This document shows, piece after piece, positions 18,469-27,552 of a stretch of 49,556 nt of DNA. Source of the DNA: a bacterium (lineage in GTDB: Bacteria > DRYD01); assembly GCA_039630415.1 (NCBI GenBank), contig JBCNVB010000024.1, positions 1 to 49,556 on the forward strand. The letters are read 5' to 3'. A model generated the notes under the pieces. That model saw only the letters and a program-made list of their open reading frames with translations. It did no database searches and was not told the origin of the DNA. The translations under genes and the position numbers were made by a program. The stretch's first letter is position 1. Each line of letters opens with the position of its first letter.

Positions 18469-18547
18469 TAAATTTGACAAATGAAATATGTAAGCATACG
18501 GTGAAAACCTCATTTCAAACCACAACTATCCTATATTTCGTAAAGGA

Positions 18548-20014
18548 GTGATAAAAATGCAACAAAACGTAGAAGTGGAATTTGATGTAGTAATAGGATT
18601 GGAAGTCCATATAGAATTATCAACACAAGAGAAACTGTTTTGTAGTTGTAAAAACGAATTTACTCATGAACCAAACAAAAATGTATGCCCAGTATGTTTG
18701 GGATTACCAGGAAGTTTACCAGTTGTAAATAAACAAGCTATACAATACTTTATAAAACTAGCAAGAGCTTTAGAATGTAAAATAAATACATTTAGTAAAT
18801 TTGATAGAAAGCATTACTTTTACCCTGATATGCCGAAGAACTACCAAATTTCTCAATATGATTTACCTCTTGCTGTAGGAGGAAGACTATATTTGCCATC
18901 ATTCAACAAATACGTATATCTAAAAAGAATACATCTAGAAGAAGATACAGGTAAATCAATCCATATAGGTGGAGATAATCTAAGGGAAGCGAAGTATACT
19001 CTTTTAAACTATAATCGAGCTGGTGTACCATTAGTTGAAATAGTTACGGAGCCGGTAATATACTCTCCCGAAGAAGCTGTGGAATTCTTAGAATTACTCA
19101 GATTAACAGCACTCTACCTGGGTATAAGTGATGTCAAAATGGAAGAAGGAAGTTTAAGATGTGACGCAAATGTCTCACTTAAACTCAAAAACTCAGAAGA
19201 ACTGGGAACTAAAGTGGAAATAAAAAACATAAACTCATTCAAGTTTTTATCCAGAGCTCTTAAGTATGAAATAGAACGACAAGCTAATCTTTTAAGACAG
19301 GGTAAACAAATAATTCAAGAAACCAGGGGATGGGATGAAAAAGAACAAATAACTTATACAATGAGAACAAAGGAGGAAGCTCATGATTATAGATATTTCC
19401 CTGAACCTGATCTCCTTCCATTAACACTATCTCAAGAATTTATAGACTCAATATCTATAACTAAAACACCATCTGATTACTACCAAGAATACCTTCAATT
19501 TGATCTTTCGAAGGAAGAAATAATGTTCTTGCTAGAAAATCAAAAAATCAATGAACTATTTAATAATCTGATAAACAAATCTCAAATAAATCCTAAATTG
19601 ATTGTTAAGTTCCTAAAAACGGATTTTGCCTATCTTCTTAATAATAACCAAATTTTATGGGAAAAAATAAATCTCAATAATCTGATTCAATATGTCCAAA
19701 TGGTAGAAAATAGAACAATAGATGTACTCAACTCTAAAAAGTATTTAGCAACAATTATACATGAGCAGATAGACGTACAAGAGTTTTTAAAATCAAAGGG
19801 ACTGGTTATTGAGGAAGATAGTGAATTGATAGAGAAAGTTATTCAAAAGGTGATAGAGCAAAATCATCAGGCTGTAGAGGATTATTTACAAGGTAAAGAA
19901 AAAGCTCTGGGATTTTTAGTAGGTCAAGCTATGAAAGAGTTAAAAGGAAAAGCTAAACCTAATAGCGTATCGGAAATTATGGTCAACAAAATAAAACTAC
20001 TAGCAAGAAGGTGA
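18548..20014 (+). CDS. gatB: Asp/Glu-tRNA amidotransferase subunit B (likely start is the ATG at 18557)
   Basis: IGLEVH, YFYPDMPKNYQISQ, HLEED, NRAGVPLVEIV, RCDANVS, YRYFPEPDL. Confidence 0.97.
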   Translation: MIKMQQNVEVEFDVVIGLEVHIELSTQEKLFCSCKNEFTHEPNKNVCPVCLGLPGSLPVVNKQAIQYFIKLARALECKINTFSKFDRKHYFYPDMPKNYQISQYDLPLAVGGRLYLPSFNKYVYLKRIHLEEDTGKSIHIGGDNLREAKYTLLNYNRAGVPLVEIVTEPVIYSPEEAVEFLELLRLTALYLGISDVKMEEGSLRCDANVSLKLKNSEELGTKVEIKNINSFKFLSRALKYEIERQANLLRQGKQIIQETRGWDEKEQITYTMRTKEEAHDYRYFPEPDLLPLTLSQEFIDSISITKTPSDYYQEYLQFDLSKEEIMFLLENQKINELFNNLINKSQINPKLIVKFLKTDFAYLLNNNQILWEKINLNNLIQYVQMVENRTIDVLNSKKYLATIIHEQIDVQEFLKSKGLVIEEDSELIEKVIQKVIEQNHQAVEDYLQGKEKALGFLVGQAMKELKGKAKPNSVSEIMVNKIKLLARR

Positions 20015-20018
20015 GAGT

Positions 20019-20585
20019 ATGAGTAAACCAAAAGTCTTAGCCATTGTCAGTAACGGAGTAGAGGAAATGGAGCTTGTTATTACCGTTGATATCCTAAGAA
20101 GAGGAGGAGTGGATGTAGATATAGTGTCAATCCAGGATTACAATATTACTTGTTCAAGGATGGTCAAAATAGTAGCTGATAAGCTTCTAGATGAGGTAAA
20201 CCTGGATGAATATCAAGCTATATTTATCCCTGGTGGGTCTGAAAATGCAAAGAATTTGAAAAATGACCAAAGAGTTGGTAAAATAATTAAAGATTTCATG
20301 GAAAAACAAAAATTGGTAGCAGCTATATGTGCAGGTCCAACGGTAATAAATCACCATGTATCATTACATGGGTATAAAGCTACATGCTATCCCTCCTTGA
20401 AAGATGAAATACCAAACTACATGGATCAACCTGTTGTGGAAGATGATTTTCTGGTAACTTCCCAAGGGCCGGCTACTACCTTCCAATTTGCATTAACCTT
20501 ACTTGCTAAACTCAAAAATGATCAAACCAAAGATACTATCTCTAAAAATATACTCATGGACAGATCATTTTCTCTTCAAAGGTAA
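20019..20585 (+). CDS. DJ-1/PfpI (YajL/ThiJ-like) protein
   Basis: GVEEME, IPGG, AICAGP (nucleophilic Cys), TSQGP. Confidence 0.92.
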   Translation: MSKPKVLAIVSNGVEEMELVITVDILRRGGVDVDIVSIQDYNITCSRMVKIVADKLLDEVNLDEYQAIFIPGGSENAKNLKNDQRVGKIIKDFMEKQKLVAAICAGPTVINHHVSLHGYKATCYPSLKDEIPNYMDQPVVEDDFLVTSQGPATTFQFALTLLAKLKNDQTKDTISKNILMDRSFSLQR

Positions 20586-20621
20586 CTCATCTCAGGTCTT
20601 AGAAATATATTCTAGAGAAGT

Positions 20622-21530
20622 ATGACTCAAAGCTTTAGTCTAGGAAGAATAAATCTATACTTTAAGTCTCTTAGACCTTATATAGTACTAATGTCAATAC
20701 CCTGCTGGTTTATTGGTGTTTCACTAGCTTATAGCAAAGGATATTTCGATATACAAAATGCTGTATTATCATTAATTGGTGCACTAGTTCTACATTTGTG
20801 TGTCAACGCTTTTAATGAGCTTTTTGATTATTTAAGAGGAAATGATACTGAGGAAAGTTTATCAGAATATAGTGGTGGAGGGGGATACTTAGTAAAAGGA
20901 ATAGTGTCTCCCTTTGAAATGGGTACATTTGCAATTATACTACTTACGATTGGATGTTCTATCGGAATATACATAGCATTTGAACACAAGATAATTCTCA
21001 TTATAGGATTGATTGGTGTTACAATGATTTTACTTTATACTCCTATTCTAAAGCCGATAGGTTTAGGAGAAGTGGCGATGATAATTGGCTTTTCTTGTAT
21101 ATCAATTGGAAGTTATGTATCTATGTTTGAACCAAATAAATACTACTTCGATTTAAATACTTTCCTTTTATTTTTACTTCCTGGAATATGGAAATCAACT
21201 GTTTTACTAGTTAATGAATTCCCAGACTATGAAAATGATAAAAGAGTAAATGTAAAAAATTGGGTTGTAAGATTTGGAAGACAAAATGCTAGTTACATAT
21301 ATCTTCTAATGATGCTGATATATTACGGCATAACTTTTTGGCTATATATCAATCAGGTCCTCAATATATTTTCTCTCTTGTCTTTCTTTACTATACCCTT
21401 GTTCTTAAACATATTCGTCAGAAGCTTAAAGTACAGAGATTTACGTAGTCATGTACCTGTTATGAAAAATCAAGTTAGTCTAGGTTTTATTTCTTTGATG
21501 ATAATTGGAATAAGTATGTTAATAGGGTGA
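20622..21530 (+). CDS. menA: UbiA-family prenyltransferase, MenA type
   Basis: NELFDYLRGND and NEFPDYEND Asp-rich motifs, GLGE, VVRFG; about 9 TM segments. Confidence 0.75.
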   Translation: MTQSFSLGRINLYFKSLRPYIVLMSIPCWFIGVSLAYSKGYFDIQNAVLSLIGALVLHLCVNAFNELFDYLRGNDTEESLSEYSGGGGYLVKGIVSPFEMGTFAIILLTIGCSIGIYIAFEHKIILIIGLIGVTMILLYTPILKPIGLGEVAMIIGFSCISIGSYVSMFEPNKYYFDLNTFLLFLLPGIWKSTVLLVNEFPDYENDKRVNVKNWVVRFGRQNASYIYLLMMLIYYGITFWLYINQVLNIFSLLSFFTIPLFLNIFVRSLKYRDLRSHVPVMKNQVSLGFISLMIIGISMLIG

Positions 21531-21544
21531 AAGGGGTAATCTAA

Positions 21545-22774
21545 ATGATAGGTGTAATGTTGGTGGGTCTAAACGGAGCGGTAGCTAATACCGTAATCAC
21601 AGGTATACACTCTAATAGTGACAAAAAAGATCTGGGCAGTATCATAAGTACTGAATACTTTAAAGATATACCTTTTATATCTGAGCAGGAGATGATATTC
21701 TCTGGATGGGATGTATTCTATGAAAACGCTTTTAATAGGGCAAAATATCATAGAATAATTCCCTACGAAATGTACTATGAATCACAAAATGTGTTAGAAA
21801 AAATCTATCCTCTAAAAGGTTATGTCAATATTTGGGATAGTGATGAAGCAATAGATAGTGACTATTCTCACAAAATGTGGAACTTCAGCAATTTTATGCA
21901 AGTGATTGATCAAATAAGAAAAGATATAGATAATTTTAGGAGAGCGTACAAGCTTGATAAAGTTGTTTTGGTTTATGTTGCCTTACCTCTTAAGAATATA
22001 AAATCACTTGATCAAATAAATCATGTAGATTTTCAGGATTTGAGTAAAATAGACCCTAATTACTTACCTTCATCTGTAGCGTATGTAGTTGCCTCTATTC
22101 TTGAACAATGTCCATTTGTTGACTTTACTCCTAACTTGACTCTTCAATTGGATTTTGTGGAAAGGTTAGCTGTAGAAAACGGAGTACCACTTGCAGGAAT
22201 GGATGGAAATACAGGTCAAACACTAATGAAAACTCTTATAGCTCCAATGCTAAAAATAAGAAACTTCAAGTTAGTAGGGTGGTATAGTACTAACATACTA
22301 GGTAACAATGATGGAAAAATTCTCTCAAGGCCAGAACATAAACAAATAAAGATGGAAGATAAATTAAGCGTCCTTGAACCTATATTGGGATATAATGATT
22401 TTGAACACGTAGTAGATATTAGCTACTACAAACCAAGATATGATAACAAGGAGGCTTGGGATAACATAGATTTCCAAGGATTTTTAGGGCTTGAAATGAG
22501 CTTCAAAATAAACTGGCTCGGAAGAGACTCTATACTTGCTGCACCTCTTGTAATCGACCTTATTAAGCATATGGATATAGCACTCAAAGTTAAGTCTAAA
22601 GGTATACAACAACATCTAGCTATCTATTTTAAACATCCTCTCAGAAGTAGATTCTCCACTAACAAAGTACCACTTTACAAGGATAAGATAGTAGTATCTT
22701 TCTTCGATTCATTTAAACTACTTCTCGAATTCTATCAAAACTTACAACATAACCAAAAACTGTTAAATATTTAA
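21545..22774 (+). CDS. ino1: myo-Inositol-1-phosphate synthase
   Basis: GLNGAVA, DGNTGQT, WYSTNILGNNDG, DNKEAWD, DSILAAPL. Confidence 0.9.
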   Translation: MIGVMLVGLNGAVANTVITGIHSNSDKKDLGSIISTEYFKDIPFISEQEMIFSGWDVFYENAFNRAKYHRIIPYEMYYESQNVLEKIYPLKGYVNIWDSDEAIDSDYSHKMWNFSNFMQVIDQIRKDIDNFRRAYKLDKVVLVYVALPLKNIKSLDQINHVDFQDLSKIDPNYLPSSVAYVVASILEQCPFVDFTPNLTLQLDFVERLAVENGVPLAGMDGNTGQTLMKTLIAPMLKIRNFKLVGWYSTNILGNNDGKILSRPEHKQIKMEDKLSVLEPILGYNDFEHVVDISYYKPRYDNKEAWDNIDFQGFLGLEMSFKINWLGRDSILAAPLVIDLIKHMDIALKVKSKGIQQHLAIYFKHPLRSRFSTNKVPLYKDKIVVSFFDSFKLLLEFYQNLQHNQKLLNI

Positions 22775-22788
22775 AGTTACCTAAAAAG

Positions 22789-22805
22789 TTTACATTTTAT
22801 TTACA
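22789..22805 (+). promoter_or_regulatory. Direct-repeat box TTTACA-N5-TTTACA, copy 2
   Basis: TTTACA at 22789-22794 and 22800-22805, intergenic, upstream of the S8 protease gene. Confidence 0.55.
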
Positions 22806-22853
22806 AAAAAAGATGAAATAACCCTCGAGAGAAGTAAATTATAATCCGAGGAG

Positions 22854-24293
22854 GTGATATTAATGAACACCATAGGCCCAGTAGGAGGAGGTTATCATTA
22901 TCCAACCCAAAAAACCACTGAAGATAAGGTTGAAAGAGTTATATTTACTGGAAATAGGGAAAAGATTGAGAAAATTCTCAAGACTTTGAATGCTGGAAGA
23001 ATAATTGAAGACTTGGGTAGTGGATTTGTTCTTGCAGAAGTTAAGAAAGAAGCACTACCTAATATATACAAGTCTCTACCAGAAGGAATGAATGTTTTCA
23101 AAGATGAAAGAGTTAAGCTTGTTGAACCAGAAGAACTAAAAAATCTAAAGCAACTAGAGAAAATGAAAAATACTCAAGAAAACGATACAGAAAATCAAAC
23201 TTTACCAAGAAAGAATGTTACTTTGCAAATAACTGGTGCTGACAAAGTCCATGAAATGGGCTATAAGGGACAAGGTATAGTCATTGCAGTTATAGATACT
23301 GGTGTTGCTAAACATCAAGATTTTGGTGATAGAATTACTTACTTCTTTGATGCTACTTCAACTGGTTATACTAATCCACATGATGGAAATGGACATGGTA
23401 CACACGTAGCAGGTATTGCAGCAGGAGATGGACAATTCAAAGGTCTAGCACCAGCAGCAGAAATATGGGGAATAAGGGTACTAAGTGACGGCGGTTACGG
23501 CTATACTTCAGATATCATAAGAGGTATAAACAAGGTAGTTGAGAAAGCTAAAGCAGAAGGTAAGAAAGTGGTTGCTAACATGAGCTTAGGCGGATATGCT
23601 TTCAAACCTTGGAATCAAGATCCATTGGCTTTAGCAGTTGAAAAAGCACTTCAAGAAGGAGTATATTTCGCAATTGCAGCTGGTAATAGTGGACCAAGAC
23701 CAAACACTGTTGGAACACCAGCAATAGCTCCCAATGCAATCACTGTAGCAGCCTATCAAGACTATAAAACCGAAGAACTTACTGATGATGATATAGCAAG
23801 ATTCTCTTCCAGAGGACCGGTTAGCAATGCACCGGATGAAACTTCAAAACTAAAGCCTGACATATCTATGCCAGGTGTTGCTATATGGGCAGCAGTTTCA
23901 GAAGGAAGTGAACTATATAGACTCGGTAAACAGGGAAGGATCCCAATGACAGAAGATGGTAAATATGTAGCTATATCAGGAACTTCTATGGCTACTCCAG
24001 CTGTAGCAGGAGCTATAGCACTGATTCTCAACGCTAACCCTAACCTAACACCACAGCAAGTTAAGGAAATCATAATCAAACATGGAATAAAGCTAACAAA
24101 GGTAGATCCAACAGACAACAAACCATACGATAACTTTGATCAAGGAGCAGGATTGGTTAATGTATACGAAGCAGTAAAAGAGGCAATAAGTTTATTACCA
24201 AAACCTAGTCCAGAACCTAGTGAACCTGCTCCAGAACCGAACCCAGCTCCAACTCCAGAAAATCCTTCTACTCCAAATACATATCTTTCGTAA
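22854..24293 (+). CDS. S8 subtilisin-like serine protease (AprX-like) with no signal peptide and a Pro-rich tail (likely start is the ATG at 22863)
   Basis: Catalytic triad in VIDTG, HGTHVAG and GTSMATP; AAGNSG, FSSRGP; GAGGAGG RBS precedes 22863. Confidence 0.93.
   Translation: MILMNTIGPVGGGYHYPTQKTTEDKVERVIFTGNREKIEKILKTLNAGRIIEDLGSGFVLAEVKKEALPNIYKSLPEGMNVFKDERVKLVEPEELKNLKQLEKMKNTQENDTENQTLPRKNVTLQITGADKVHEMGYKGQGIVIAVIDTGVAKHQDFGDRITYFFDATSTGYTNPHDGNGHGTHVAGIAAGDGQFKGLAPAAEIWGIRVLSDGGYGYTSDIIRGINKVVEKAKAEGKKVVANMSLGGYAFKPWNQDPLALAVEKALQEGVYFAIAAGNSGPRPNTVGTPAIAPNAITVAAYQDYKTEELTDDDIARFSSRGPVSNAPDETSKLKPDISMPGVAIWAAVSEGSELYRLGKQGRIPMTEDGKYVAISGTSMATPAVAGAIALILNANPNLTPQQVKEIIIKHGIKLTKVDPTDNKPYDNFDQGAGLVNVYEAVKEAISLLPKPSPEPSEPAPEPNPAPTPENPSTPNTYLS
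24198..24275 (+). repeat. Pro-rich low-complexity coding repeat (PKPSPEPSEPAPEPNPAPTPENPSTP)
   Basis: X-Pro dipeptide repeats at the protease C-terminus. Confidence 0.85.
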
Positions 24294-24321
24294 TCAAAAA
24301 TAGGGATGTAACGTAAAGTAG

Positions 24322-24355
24322 GGAGGGGGTAAATAATCCCCCTCCTAATTTTTTT
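24322..24355 (+). terminator. Intrinsic terminator after the protease gene
   Basis: Stem GGAGGGGG (24322-24329) with CCCCCTCC (24338-24345), then TAATTTTTTT; lies between convergent genes. Confidence 0.85.
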
Positions 24356-24364
24356 CTAACTAAT

Positions 24365-25177
24365 CTACAACGTGGAAATTACTTTGCGGATAAACGATTC
24401 TTCAATATCTTCTGGAATAGTAGTTAATATTTCGCATCCATCTTGATTAACCCAGACAGTATGTTCAAAATGAGCCGAGATAGATCTATCTTTTGTAACT
24501 ATGGTCCATTCATCGTCTAGTACTTCTATTTCCCAGCTACCTTCACTTATCATTGGTTCTATAGCAACTAACATACCATAGTAAAACTTTCTATTGTAAT
24601 CTGGGATATAGAAATTAGGGATTTCAGGGTCATCATGTAATTTTCTACCAACACCATGTCCAGTTAACTGCTTTATTACGCTAAACCCACTACTTTTAAC
24701 AAAATCTTCTACTATTTTACCGACATCTCTTATGTATACGTTATGCCTTATATTTTTGATTGCTAGGTAAAGTGATTTTTCGCATACTTCCACAATTTTT
24801 CTGGGTTGTGTACCGATAGTAAAGGTTATAGCGCTATCTACGTTAAATCCTTCATAAGATGTACCGCAATCTATACTTACTACATCTCCGAACTTGAATT
24901 TTTTGCTTTCTAGTGGTAACCCATGTACTATTTCTTCGTTGATAGAAACTGTAATAGAGTACGGAAAGGTATGTCTAGAGAATGGAGGTTTATAGTTTTT
25001 GAAAGAAGGCTTACCACCAAGCGTTGTTATTATTTTATAGGCAAGATTATCTACTTGTTTAGCATTTATATTATCATAGTTTTGTAGAATAAAATTCTTA
25101 AGAAAATTGAGGGTAAAGCTGTTAATGTATCCTGCTATTCTTACTTTTTGTAAATGTGAGATGTTTCTTATGATCAT
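24365..25177 (-). CDS. map: Methionine aminopeptidase type I
   Basis: NEEIVHG, SIDCG...DSA, GHGVG..LH, AIEPM, SAHFEHT. Confidence 0.95.
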   Translation of the reverse strand: MIIRNISHLQKVRIAGYINSFTLNFLKNFILQNYDNINAKQVDNLAYKIITTLGGKPSFKNYKPPFSRHTFPYSITVSINEEIVHGLPLESKKFKFGDVVSIDCGTSYEGFNVDSAITFTIGTQPRKIVEVCEKSLYLAIKNIRHNVYIRDVGKIVEDFVKSSGFSVIKQLTGHGVGRKLHDDPEIPNFYIPDYNRKFYYGMLVAIEPMISEGSWEIEVLDDEWTIVTKDRSISAHFEHTVWVNQDGCEILTTIPEDIEESFIRKVISTL

Positions 25178-25190
25178 TGATTTTATGTTA

Positions 25191-25691
25191 TTAGGTGATT
25201 TCTATTTTCTTGGAAAGTTTAATTATACAAATGCAGGAAGCTGCTTTTTGACGTCCGATTAGGCCTGTTCCTTCCGCTGTTCTGGGTTTTACATTTACTA
25301 AGTTAGTTTTTAAAAGTAGTTTAAGATTGTCAATTATTTCCATGACTTTAGGTCCAAGTTTGGGTTTTTCCATAATCAGAATGATATCACAACTATCTAC
25401 TTTCCATGGAGAGATTTGAGCTAATACTTGATTTAGTAAATGTACTGAGCTAATATTTTTATATTCTGGATTATTGTCTGGGAACAATAAGCCTATGTTT
25501 TTATACTCAAAAATATCTGGTAATGCACCAAGGATTGAATCTATTATTGAGTGAATTATTATATCTCCATCTGAATGAGCTTTAAACCTATATTCACAGG
25601 GAATAAGGACACCTCCTAAAAACAATCCATTACCCTTCTCATATCTATGAATGTCAAAACCTATACCTACTCTGTAATCTATCATAATCAA
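25191..25691 (-). CDS. ispF: 2-C-methyl-D-erythritol 2,4-cyclodiphosphate synthase
   Basis: RVGIGFDIH, LGGV, AHSDGD...H, IG..FPD. Confidence 0.92.
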   Translation of the reverse strand: MIMIDYRVGIGFDIHRYEKGNGLFLGGVLIPCEYRFKAHSDGDIIIHSIIDSILGALPDIFEYKNIGLLFPDNNPEYKNISSVHLLNQVLAQISPWKVDSCDIILIMEKPKLGPKVMEIIDNLKLLLKTNLVNVKPRTAEGTGLIGRQKAASCICIIKLSKKIEIT

Positions 25692-26302
25692 TAAGTTATT
25701 TTAATCTGGTAATTTTCTGCTTTTTTCATTTGGTCTATGCAGGATATGTAGGCTAGAAAAGAGGTGTATATGCTTGACATATCTATAAATTCTAGTTGAT
25801 CAGGGATAATTTGTTTTTCTTGATTTGTGATTTGACTGAAAAGGACAACGGGTTTATGATTTGATTTAGTTTTCAAAATTATGTTAATTATTTCATTTAA
25901 ATTTGTGGTTTCTATATCGGTTTCATTTATCTGTGTCCTATATCTTTTAGAAGCTATTTTTATTACTGGTATGGGAGGGGATGATGTTTTGAATACGTAT
26001 TTGTACGTGTTTATTATGGCTTGAAAATTATCAATAAAAAATAGTTCCTTCTTTGTGAGAAAAGATACAGTTTGGGCAACTAGGCAAGATACTCTTATTG
26101 ATGTATAGTATCCTGGTCCTGTTGTTACAAAAACTCTATCTATTTCTCTAAAATCTTCAAGTTTTCTTATTATTGACAATACCGTATTTAGTAATACAAT
26201 TTGATGAGAATTTGGAACAGCTATTTGGAAATATGGTTGATAGTCATTAATTAGGCAAAACCATGTTATGCTTGATAATGTTGATATTGATAGTACTTTC
26301 AT
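25688..26302 (-). CDS. tsaB: t6A biosynthesis protein TsaB (divergent)
   Basis: MKVLSIST, HQ, VTTGPGYYTSIRV (compare GPGSFTGLR). Confidence 0.75.
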   Translation of the reverse strand: MKVLSISTLSSITWFCLINDYQPYFQIAVPNSHQIVLLNTVLSIIRKLEDFREIDRVFVTTGPGYYTSIRVSCLVAQTVSFLTKKELFFIDNFQAIINTYKYVFKTSSPPIPVIKIASKRYRTQINETDIETTNLNEIINIILKTKSNHKPVVLFSQITNQEKQIIPDQLEFIDMSSIYTSFLAYISCIDQMKKAENYQIKITY

Positions 26303-27552
26303 GTTTTTTGATATGAAAGTATTTGATTTTTAAACTGAGTATATTTGCCTTCAAGTATAGATTGTCTTATATTCTCTAGTAGTTGACTATAAAAGTGTAA
26401 ATTATGAATAGTAAGTAGTGACATAGCGGCTATTTCACCTACGTAAAAAAGATGATGTAGATATGATACAGTATAGTTTTTGCATGTATAGCAATTACAA
26501 TTAGGATCTATTGGTAAGTCGTATTTTTTGGCTTCTTTACCATTGTAGTACTTAGCTGTAATATCAGCTACAAAGTTGGGAGAATTGAAAACAAATACTG
26601 TTCCAGTTCTTGCATACCTAGTTGGAATAACACAGTCAAAGGTATCTATACCATTTTCTATGGCTGTAAATATTTCAGGAATAGTACCTATACCTAATAG
26701 ATGTCTTGGTAGATGTTGGGGAATATAAGGGTGTATCCAAGATAGTATTTCTTTTATATTTTGCTTGGATGTACCGAGTGAGCCACCTATTGCTATTCCG
26801 TCAAACTCAAGTGATGTAACAAATTGAGCTGACTTAATTCTTAGATCATGGAAGTATCCTCCTTGTATAATTCCATATAGATGTTGATGCTTTTTTTTAT
26901 GCTTTACAAAATATTCAAGACATTTAATGGCCCACCTATGAGATCTTTCTAATGATTTTTGAGTATATTCATACGAGGCTAATGGAGAGGTACATTCATC
27001 TAATACCATTAATATGTCTGTTCCTAGTTTTATTTGTATATCGATTGATTTTTCGGGAGTTAGTTTAACTTGTTTACCGTCTATATGGCTTTTAAAGAGA
27101 ATGTATTCATCTGTAACTTCTGCAAATTTTTCGGAGTTAGTAGTTTTATGAGGAGTATTAGAGAATATACTAGCTATTTTTCCTACTCCTTCAATCATAG
27201 CTTGACCCAGACTGAAGGCTTGAAACCCTCCACTATCACTAAATATTATGCCATTATAGTTCATAAATTTGTGTATTTGACCTAAACTTTCTATTATATC
27301 TTCTCCTGGATGTAAGTGAAGGTGGTATGTGTTGACAAATATGCCATTTATATTCATTTTTTTAAGTCTTATACTATCCAAAGCTCTTATGGATGCGTTA
27401 GTGGCAACCGGTATGAAGTTGGGGGTTTCTAGAACTTCTCCGCAATTATTGATTATTCTACCTATCCTGAGTTCATACCCATCTTGATTTTGTGTTTTAA
27501 CGAGTTCAAAAAATCTATATTTGCTTTCTCTATTTGACACTGTACTTTTCAT
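26299..27552 (-). CDS. tgt: tRNA-guanine transglycosylase
   Basis: NTYHL, DSGGFQ, LDEC, GIIQGG, HLLGIG, FDCV, CNCYTC Zn site, HNL. Confidence 0.96.
   Translation of the reverse strand: MKSTVSNRESKYRFFELVKTQNQDGYELRIGRIINNCGEVLETPNFIPVATNASIRALDSIRLKKMNINGIFVNTYHLHLHPGEDIIESLGQIHKFMNYNGIIFSDSGGFQAFSLGQAMIEGVGKIASIFSNTPHKTTNSEKFAEVTDEYILFKSHIDGKQVKLTPEKSIDIQIKLGTDILMVLDECTSPLASYEYTQKSLERSHRWAIKCLEYFVKHKKKHQHLYGIIQGGYFHDLRIKSAQFVTSLEFDGIAIGGSLGTSKQNIKEILSWIHPYIPQHLPRHLLGIGTIPEIFTAIENGIDTFDCVIPTRYARTGTVFVFNSPNFVADITAKYYNGKEAKKYDLPIDPNCNCYTCKNYTVSYLHHLFYVGEIAAMSLLTIHNLHFYSQLLENIRQSILEGKYTQFKNQILSYQKT

Noticed and set aside
22840-22845. TATAAT as the sigma70 -10 element of the protease gene
   Set aside because: The implied start site would fall inside the RBS, and there is no properly spaced -35.
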